Origin: Candidatus Woesearchaeota archaeon
GTDB lineage: Archaea > Nanobdellota > Nanobdellia > SCGC-AAA011-G17 > JACPNG01
NCBI GenBank assembly: GCA_018303485.1
Contig: JAGVYC010000008.1
Coordinates: forward strand, 1 to 61,610
Length of the DNA: 61,610 nt
Reading direction: 5' to 3'
Position numbers and translations under genes: made by a program. Positions 44,993 to 53,100 of the stretch are shown here, one piece after another. Within the stretch, counting starts at the first letter, position 1. Each line of letters starts with the position of its first letter. The notes under the pieces are model-generated. The model saw nothing but the letters and a program-made list of their open reading frames with translations, had not been told where the DNA came from and ran no database searches.

Positions 44993-45218
44993 GCCTTTTT
45001 ATAGGAAAGAAAGGCTTAAAAGAGTTTTGCTGAGTTTCGGCAATTCTGAAAATACCATTGTTTTTAACCCACAAACCATATTTCTTGCAATAATTCCGGA
45101 AATTTTGCGAAATAAATATATACAATATATAAAATATATACCATACATTTATATAGATGTTACTTCTATCTCGTGGTATTAATAAAAGAATGGTGGAATT
45201 ATGTATGTTGGGGGTAAA

Positions 45219-45512
45219 ATGGGATTATTTGAATATGTAAAAAACTTGTTTAACAGCAAGAAAAGAGTCATCAAAAAAGAAAAGAAAAAGACAAGTGAAG
45301 ACATAATGGCTATTGTTCGCATGATGAATGGCATGACAAGGGATTTAACAAAGAATATGAGGCTATATGTAAATGACCTAAACTACCGAAGCATGAATAG
45401 CTTGGTTGAACAATATAAAAATATGATGGAGCCTATGATGGATCAGTTATGCTACAATATTGATAGGTACAAGAAATATGCTACATTAGAAGAGATACTA
45501 GTTAATGCATAA
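45219..45512 (+). CDS. Met-rich hypothetical protein (97 aa)
   Basis: The ATG at 45219 is preceded by GGGGGT. MMNGM..NMMEPMMDQ is methionine-rich. First ORF of the co-directional cassette. Confidence 0.4.
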   Translation: MGLFEYVKNLFNSKKRVIKKEKKKTSEDIMAIVRMMNGMTRDLTKNMRLYVNDLNYRSMNSLVEQYKNMMEPMMDQLCYNIDRYKKYATLEEILVNA

Positions 45513-45582
45513 ATTGAATTAAAATTATATATAACAAATAATTTAAATATAAGAAAAACATAATAAAATATAGGGGGGCAAT

Positions 45583-45777
45583 ATGGATCTTGTACAAACT
45601 ATAGGTAACATAGAAAAGGAAAATTTAGAACATAACGAAAAACCTGGAGCCACACCAAGTAAAATTACAAAAGTGTATTCACAAAAACTAGGTCGATATA
45701 TACCAGTAACTTTTGGAGACACAAAAGGAGAGATACAAAAATATAATATAGGTATGGGACCAGGAAGTTGGTACTAA
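45583..45777 (+). CDS. 64-aa ORF, candidate precursor peptide
   Basis: An SD-like GGGGGG lies 5 nt upstream. It encodes MDLVQTIGNIEKENLEHNEKPGATPSKITKVYSQKLGRYIPVTFGDTKGEIQKYNIGMGPGSWY and sits directly upstream of the radical SAM gene. Confidence 0.45.
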   Translation: MDLVQTIGNIEKENLEHNEKPGATPSKITKVYSQKLGRYIPVTFGDTKGEIQKYNIGMGPGSWY

Positions 45778-45786
45778 TTTAAAAAA

Positions 45787-45840
45787 TGGAGCCTTTTGTA
45801 TCTTAAAAGATTATATATTTGGGCTCCAACCAATTTTTTT
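45787..45840 (+). terminator. hairpin plus T7 between the small ORF and the radical SAM gene (attenuator/terminator-like)
   Basis: TGGAGCC (45787-93) pairs with GGCTCCA (45822-28), followed by TTTTTTT (45834-40). Confidence 0.4.
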
Positions 45841-45895
45841 GATAGATTCGCTCAGAAAATGTTTGCCTTTATTATTCACAAAATTTCGGAGTAAA

Positions 45896-46807
45896 ATGAG
45901 AAAGATATTTTTGGTGCTAAACTACGATTGTAATAATGCCTGTATATCATGCGCAAGAAAATCTGATGAAAAAGGATATTTAAGTTTAGAACAGACTATT
46001 AATAAAATTGATGAAATTAAACCATCTAAAACAGATTATATCGAGCTAAGCGGAGGCGAACCAACATTAAGGAAAGACCTATTAGATATCTGTAAATATA
46101 TTAAATCAAAGTATGGTGCAAATATAACAATACTCTCTAATGGGCGTAAATTTAAAGATAAATCTCTTTGTAAAAGCATTAAAGAAGTTGGTGTTGATAG
46201 AGTTATGACGGTATTTTATAGCCATGATGAAGAAAAGCATGATTCTATCACACAAAAAGATGGAAGTTTTAAAGATACAATTATGGGATTAAAAAATCTA
46301 GAAGACGTTAGTTTGCCAATTTCAGTTAAAACGATTATACTCAAACAGACTTACCAAGAATTGCCAGATTTTGTAAAATTTGCATATGATACATTTCCAA
46401 CAGCATGGGTATCAATACATGGTTTAATTATGCGAGGACGAGCGCAAGATAATAACGAAAAAATAGCTGTAAGGTATAAAGATATCAAACCACACATAGA
46501 AATTGCAATAGACCAAGCAATAAAAAGAGATAAAAATTTAGGGATATTCATAATTCCTACTTGTATAATTGATCCATATTATTGGCCATATCTAAGTGTA
46601 AATTGGAAACAAATGACTAAAGAGATGATTTATATCTCTCCACAAGAAAGTGTATTCGGAAATCTAGATGTAGCACAACCAGAATATTGTTCCACTTGTT
46701 TGATTGATGAACACTGTTCATGGTCGTGGGAGTCCGCATGGAAGGAATATATTGCATTATTCGGAATCGAAGAATTAAATAAGATTACAATGGATACATC
46801 GGGGTAA
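45896..46807 (+). CDS. radical SAM enzyme with a C-terminal auxiliary Cys motif (SPASM/twitch-like)
   Basis: LNYDCNNACISC (Cx3Cx2C), ELSGGEPTL (SAM-binding GGE), and C-terminal CSTCLIDEHC. The ATG at 45896 is preferred to the TTG at 45839. Confidence 0.8.
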   Translation: MRKIFLVLNYDCNNACISCARKSDEKGYLSLEQTINKIDEIKPSKTDYIELSGGEPTLRKDLLDICKYIKSKYGANITILSNGRKFKDKSLCKSIKEVGVDRVMTVFYSHDEEKHDSITQKDGSFKDTIMGLKNLEDVSLPISVKTIILKQTYQELPDFVKFAYDTFPTAWVSIHGLIMRGRAQDNNEKIAVRYKDIKPHIEIAIDQAIKRDKNLGIFIIPTCIIDPYYWPYLSVNWKQMTKEMIYISPQESVFGNLDVAQPEYCSTCLIDEHCSWSWESAWKEYIALFGIEELNKITMDTSG

Positions 46808-46811
46808 AATA

Positions 46812-47279
46812 ATGAAACTAACTGCAATCAAAAGAAACCATTCAAAAGGGATATCCAAATTAATGATTAATGACTTGAAAAACCCGAGTAACAAATTTCC
46901 GCAATATATGATTTCTAAATTCAGAGAGCATGCAAAAGAAGAGAACATTGACAAGGAATTTGATAATCCTGATTTAATTGGGCTTATGGCTATAGAAAAT
47001 AAAGATGTTCTTGGATTTATTGTTGGATATAAGGATAACTCAAGTATAATGCTACATTATGTTGCGGGGAAAAATATAACTATAAAAAAGAAGTTGCTTG
47101 ACAGATTAATTAAATTGTGTAAGATAAAAAATATATCTTCCTTAAAAACAGATACATTCGAATTTATGGAAAACAACCAACTTTTTAAGTCAAGTGGGTT
47201 TAAATTAACAAAAAAAGAAAAATTAACTAAAAATCTTGAAGTTTTATGGTACGAATTAAACCTACATAAAATCTTGTAA
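46812..47279 (+). CDS. GNAT-like acetyltransferase (weak)
   Basis: Size and pattern fit a GNAT fold: VLGFIVGY...HYVAGK..KKKLLDRLIKLC..SSGFKL. The start is 4 nt after the radical SAM stop. Confidence 0.5.
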   Translation: MKLTAIKRNHSKGISKLMINDLKNPSNKFPQYMISKFREHAKEENIDKEFDNPDLIGLMAIENKDVLGFIVGYKDNSSIMLHYVAGKNITIKKKLLDRLIKLCKIKNISSLKTDTFEFMENNQLFKSSGFKLTKKEKLTKNLEVLWYELNLHKIL

Positions 47280-47305
47280 AAATTTTCTTTATTTTAAAGA
47301 GGTTA

Positions 47306-47332
47306 AATGGATTAAATCTCTACTAAATCCAT
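47306..47332. terminator. 8-bp inverted repeat between convergent genes
   Basis: AATGGATT-N11-AATCCATT, ending exactly at the stop of the minus-strand gene. Confidence 0.35.
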
Positions 47333-48586
47333 TCAAGGCAAGTCTTTCAGGTACTGCCAGAGGGTTTTGAACATAATTTCAGCAACTTTTTTGTTTCCTA
47401 GGTCGTTAAAGTGCATGAACTCGCCAGTTATACCATCATCAGCTACAAAATAGCGTTTTTTATTTGAATCTTCATTAATATGCTTCTCTAAATCTATTAA
47501 GATTAAATTTTGCTTTAAAGCTAGATTTCTTACAGCAGGGTTCAGAGAGTTTCTATTGTAACGATACCAATCATTTTTTTCTATAAATATCAAACATTCT
47601 GGTGGTATACTAGGCAAATCAAAATCTTCAAAATCGTCTGGTGTTGTTGTTAAAGTAATTTTAATATTATTTTCTTTGCCCTTATTTATGATTTTAACTA
47701 GATTATCTAAGGTTGTAGTAGGATTATAATCATCCATATGTGATTGTTTACCTACCTGAACTGTGCCGTCAAATTTTATTTTTAGTTCATTACGTGCGCG
47801 TTTAAGCAAATAGACCCTTGTGGCTAAAGCGTCAGCAGTTCGTAGTCCTAAACGTCTAAAGTTTTTCTTATAGGTTTCAAATATCTTGATGTGGTTTTCA
47901 TACCAGGGACCTAATGATCTTAGTGCTTCAGAGTCGGCTAATCCCAAAAAGAAATTTTTAAGTGTCCCACGTTCTTTATCGCTTAATAAAGCGCAACTAC
48001 CAACATCATTCCATTCTGGGCCATAAATAACTAAATCAGGTCTTAAAGTTACTATATCATAAACGAACCTCTTTAAGATCAATGAGCTATTATATCCTAC
48101 TATAGCACCATTAATAACTTCAAATTTTATCGTTTTATTATTCGCTTTACCTTTTTTATTTAATTTATCCTCTAAATATTCAGGATAATTTCCAAAAGAT
48201 GTTGAACCACCTAAAACAACAATTCTATATACATTTTCTGGCTTCATCCTTGAAAATTCATCTCCTTTAAAGCCCATGGAGTTTATTTCAAAATCCTCAG
48301 TTCTATAATTTTTAACTAAGCACCATGGGACATCATAATCACATTTTTTTGTATACATAAGAGCCTCATTACTTGCCATATAATATTTATTAAGGTAACA
48401 TAAGCCATAAAAGAACATAAAGCTCGTGACCAATGAATAAATTAATTTCTTCTTTATGCTTAACCCCTTTATGTTGTTGTCTTTTCCAATTTTATTAGTA
48501 TTTTTCATAATACTACCTAAATTGATTAACCTACTTTTTCTTGTGCTTATCACATTATTATTTTTGTCTAATATTTCTTCCAGCAT
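47333..48586 (-). CDS. membrane-anchored SGNH/GDSL-like hydrolase or acyl-esterase
   Basis: N-terminal TM anchor, block I-like VVLGGSTSFG, block III-like YGPEWND, and block V-like DGITGEFMHFNDLG. Confidence 0.6.
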   Translation of the reverse strand: MLEEILDKNNNVISTRKSRLINLGSIMKNTNKIGKDNNIKGLSIKKKLIYSLVTSFMFFYGLCYLNKYYMASNEALMYTKKCDYDVPWCLVKNYRTEDFEINSMGFKGDEFSRMKPENVYRIVVLGGSTSFGNYPEYLEDKLNKKGKANNKTIKFEVINGAIVGYNSSLILKRFVYDIVTLRPDLVIYGPEWNDVGSCALLSDKERGTLKNFFLGLADSEALRSLGPWYENHIKIFETYKKNFRRLGLRTADALATRVYLLKRARNELKIKFDGTVQVGKQSHMDDYNPTTTLDNLVKIINKGKENNIKITLTTTPDDFEDFDLPSIPPECLIFIEKNDWYRYNRNSLNPAVRNLALKQNLILIDLEKHINEDSNKKRYFVADDGITGEFMHFNDLGNKKVAEIMFKTLWQYLKDLP

Positions 48587-48630
48587 TTAATTTAAATAAC
48601 AATAAACAAATATAAACCTTTTTATTGTTT

Positions 48631-49827
48631 TCAAGGCAAGTCTTTCAGGTACGGCCAGAGTGTTTTGAAAGCTGAATCTACCATAATATTCATTCCTGCA
48701 GGAGTATAATGCATCATATCTGTAAAAAATGGACTTTTGTCTGTAAACCTATTAAAAGTGCGATCAAAATCCAAAAGTGTAATGCCATAATCATTTGTTA
48801 ATTTTCTTATCATAGGATTCAACTGCTTTCTATTATACGCACAATTGTCATTAGACCCAAAGATAATATTACATAATCCATTAAAATCTTTAGATATTTC
48901 ATAAACTTCAAAGGCATCTGGTGTTGTGCTTAAAACTATATGTCTAATATCATTTTTTCTAGCAGTTTCTATAAAAGATACCATGTTACCTTCAGTATAT
49001 GCTGGAGAAAAATCATCCATATGTGATATATATCCAAAGTCACTTCTTTCCAGGTCTTTGCGTGGAATGCTATTTTGTGGGTTATTGCTAGAATGTACAA
49101 AAATACTTTTTGCTGCACTTATTAAATACAATTTTTTCATTACTTCATTATTAATTTTTCTAAATTCATATTCTACAGTTTTTCTTTTTTCAAATTCTCC
49201 CTTGAATACATCAAGATGTTTTTCATACCAATTACCTAAAGATATTAATGCGTCTTCCCCAATATTGCCTTCAAAATACCATTTAAGAGTTTCTCTCTCT
49301 CTCATATTAAGCAGGTCGCACATCCAGAGGTCATTCCATTCTGGGCCATAAATGATCATATCTAGTTTTAAGTATGTTAAATTGTTTAAATCATCTAATA
49401 TTTGTCTGCTACTTTTGCCAGGAACGGCAGTATTGATAATATGGACATTTGTTCTTTTATTTAGACTATGAAGTTTATTATTTAATATTATTTCGAGTTG
49501 ATTTGGATAGGCCATAGATGTAGAACCTCCAAACCATGCAGCATAGAACATACCTTTTTCTTTTTCTTGTGGTTTTTCGTATACATATGAATTTGTTTGT
49601 TGTTTTTGACAATGCCTATAATATATTTCTGAAGAAAAAATAGTTGTAAATAATATTAAAGAGGTTAATGCCGAATAAGCTAATTTTTTCTTAACAGTTA
49701 ATTTATGAAACCCTTCATTATCACCCCTCAAAGACTTTATTTTGTATATTATGCTTGCTAGATTGATTAATTCTCCTTTTCTTGTGCTTATCACATTATT
49801 ATTTTTGTCTAATATTTCTTCCAGCAT
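48631..49827 (-). CDS. membrane-anchored SGNH/GDSL-like hydrolase, tandem paralog
   Basis: WFGGSTSMAYP, YGPEWND, FFTDMMHYTPAG. The first 17 codons plus 35 nt of upstream sequence are identical to the neighbour. Confidence 0.6.
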   Translation of the reverse strand: MLEEILDKNNNVISTRKGELINLASIIYKIKSLRGDNEGFHKLTVKKKLAYSALTSLILFTTIFSSEIYYRHCQKQQTNSYVYEKPQEKEKGMFYAAWFGGSTSMAYPNQLEIILNNKLHSLNKRTNVHIINTAVPGKSSRQILDDLNNLTYLKLDMIIYGPEWNDLWMCDLLNMRERETLKWYFEGNIGEDALISLGNWYEKHLDVFKGEFEKRKTVEYEFRKINNEVMKKLYLISAAKSIFVHSSNNPQNSIPRKDLERSDFGYISHMDDFSPAYTEGNMVSFIETARKNDIRHIVLSTTPDAFEVYEISKDFNGLCNIIFGSNDNCAYNRKQLNPMIRKLTNDYGITLLDFDRTFNRFTDKSPFFTDMMHYTPAGMNIMVDSAFKTLWPYLKDLP

Positions 49828-49960
49828 TTAATTTAAATAACAATAAACAAATATAAACCTTTCTATGATTTACTACTCAATAATTATAAACATAATTTAT
49901 AAATAAGTATATTAATATTAAATAATATACAATTAATATTAATCATAAAATAAGTATAAA

Positions 49961-50155
49961 ATGGAATTGAAAAGAAAGATCTACAAAAGGGGAAGTTCTT
50001 ATGAAACAACAATCCCACAGCCATTACTATTCAAGCTAGATATTGACAAGAAGAAATATCAAATAATCTTTAAGTTCGACAATCAGGCAGATAAATGGTA
50101 CATTGAATTTGAAAATATAAAGAAAGTTAAAAAAGAGGATGAAAAGAAGAGATAA
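49961..50155 (+). CDS. AbrB/SpoVT-like small DNA-binding protein, copy 1
   Basis: KIYKRGSSYETTIPQPLLFKL is a looped-hinge-helix-type N-terminus. The 3' end overlaps the giant ORF start by 17 nt. Confidence 0.55.
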   Translation: MELKRKIYKRGSSYETTIPQPLLFKLDIDKKKYQIIFKFDNQADKWYIEFENIKKVKKEDEKKR

Positions 50156-53100
50156 TAAAGTAAAAAAGAAAGTAAAGAAAAACATCAAAATCTTTGTAAT
50201 ACTAGTCAGTATTATCTTGGCTTTGTTAATAATTAAAATTATAAATATTCAAGAGATTACCGGATTTGCCGTTTTGACAACAATAACCCAGGCTAATTTC
50301 AATGCGGGAACCTATAACGAAACATTTTATAATACAACAACGCTGGCTGTGCAGTTAAATTTAACTGATGACAGAGCAATTTTGTCTGGTAATTATACAA
50401 GCCAGGTATTTGATGCTGTTATTGCTACAAATTGGAGGAATTTATCATGGACAGAGAATATAACAAATAGATCTGGAAATGTTTCATTTAGAGTAAGAAG
50501 CTGTTTTACTTCTAATTGCGCTGAGCAAAGGCCTTTTGTCGGCCCCGATAATACAACAATTACATACTTCTGGCAGAGTAATCTTAGTTTGTTAAATAAT
50601 ACCCTAACACCAGATTCAAGATATTTCCAGTACATGGCTTTCTTTGCTGCATTGGACAATGATTCAAATGCTGATGGGCCAATATTGCACAATGTAAGCG
50701 TTGATTATGGTGATTGTGTTGAACCAATAAATGATATGTATATCAATGAAAATACAACTTTATGCTTTGGAACTTTTTATGTTAATGATACTGATGGTGA
50801 CAGTAATGTAATAACAATAAGCAATGATTCTGTTTTTGTAACCTGCAATAAAACTAATCTGGTTGGAAATCTATCTGGAAACGGATTTTATTTAAACTCT
50901 AAGTCTTATGTGACAATTAGTGGTTGTTGGATGGTTAATTATACAACTGCTATAAGATTAATTACATCCAATTTTACAACTATCACTGAGAATAACATAA
51001 CAAATATAACAGTTAGTGGTATAAGAATTAGTGATTATTCCAATAGCAATATTATAGATAATAATTCAATTATGTTTGCAAATGGTAGCAGTACAGCAGC
51101 TATTTTCTTACAAAGTAACAGCTTAAACAACACTGTCAAAAAAAATTTGATAAAACATAATGGCAATAAAGGACTTGATATTAATGCAGGTAACACTACA
51201 ATAATAAATAATACCATTATTAATAATACCTATGGGATAAGTGTTGGTTCTGTATTAAATATAACAATAGCTAACAATACCATAGCGTATAATGATCTGG
51301 ATGGTATAAATGGAGCGGGCAATGGTGGTTGGAATAGCAGCCTTATTTATGACAATTTTATAATTGGTAATCTTGGTAGTGGTGGATGCGCAGGTAGTTT
51401 TGGTATTAATATTATTCTTTCATACAATAACTACTTTTACAATAATATTCTTAATAATAGTGGATGTGATGTATATGATAATGGTCAAAACTTCTGGAAC
51501 ACTAGCAATTATTCAGGAACGAATATTATAGGGGGGCCTATGATTGGAGGCAATTACTATTCTGATTATGGATTTTATGATTATTATTCTGATGGAGATG
51601 GAATTGGAGAGCTAAGCTACAGGAATGGCCTAATTAATAGCTATGATGCACTGCCTTTAACAAACAGCAGATGCCTAGTACCAAATAATATTCCAAGAAT
51701 AGAAAGAAGTGTTGTTTTATGTCCTGGCATATATAGTGTTGTAGATAATAGCGATAATGGTGCAATGAACATTACAAATTCATCTGTAATAATAGAATGC
51801 AACCAAACAAGAATAATCGGTACTAGAAATCAAGAAAGAATAATAAATACCAATCCTGGTAGCGGCCAATTGACAAATATAACAGTAAAAAACTGCTATT
51901 TTGAACCACGAGGAGCAGCTATACAAATGATCAATACAAGCTCCAGTTACATTTATGACAATGTAATCAATATGTCTGCAAATGTCATAACTACAATATA
52001 CCTTTACAATGTCAATAACAGCTTAATTGCAAATAACACTTTTGCAAATACATCTAATGAAGCAATAGAGATGAATGACGTAAGCAATAGCATATTTGAA
52101 AACAACACTATATGGAAAATTTCTGGTCATGGCATGGAGTTTGAGAGCAAGCTGCCATCAACAAATGTAACCATAAGAAACAACTTGATAAACTATACCG
52201 TCAGTAACGGCATAACAAGCAATGTAGGCACTGCAATTTATATAAACAACTCAAAATTTTACAATAACACTTTTGCAAATATTGGCGCAACTGGTGATGG
52301 CAGTGTTGAAGCTTGCATTGTTATAGCTGGTTTTGGAAATGAATTCATTGGCAATAAACTCTTAAATTGTACAGGCATTGGAATAAGCTCTGGTTTAGGC
52401 GTTACAGGTGCCATAGTAAATTCAGGCGATAGTTACTTCATAAAATCCAATACAGTAAATGGAACAGCAAACAATAATAATCCTGTATTTAACATCCAGG
52501 GTTCAAATATAACAATAATAAACAACACAATTGAGCGCAGAGGGACTGGAACAGCCATAGCAATGTCATTGAAGGATATAAATAATTCTTACATAGTCAA
52601 TAATACAATAATGAATATTTCATACGGCATAGTTATTTCAGATGGCGATGTAAATCCCTCGGGCAGCTTAAACAGCAAAAACATAACAATAACTGGAAAT
52701 GTATTTTTGAACATAACTAATAATGCAATGATTCTGGCAGGCGACAACTTTACGATTTACAATAATACTCTGGTCTCATACACACCAAGCTCTATAACAG
52801 CCCCAGGAATTTATGGCATAAGCTTAAACAACTCCAAGGTATACAACAACACAATTTATAGGTATGCAGAAGGCATAGCAATATTCAACAGCGAGAATAC
52901 AAGCATAACAAACAATTCCTTGTACGAAAACATATTATTCGGCATAAACATAACCTCTTCCAAAAATATGTCAATAACCAACAACGCAATAAACAACAAT
53001 ACACAGCAGGGCATCCTAATATTAAAATCATCCAACATAACAGTAGAAAAAAACATAATATTCAACAACTCTAAAGACGGCATATCAGTAAACTTCTCAA

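Noticed and set aside
41136-48670. Reading the TTCAAGGCAAGTCTTTCAGGTACGGCCAGAG..TTTTGAA repeats as integron attC-like cassette boundaries
   Set aside because: Only the outer TTCAA/TTGAA ends are inverted repeats. The sequence is fully explained as the coding 3' end (..FKTLWPYLKDLP*) of SGNH-like genes, and no integrase is present.
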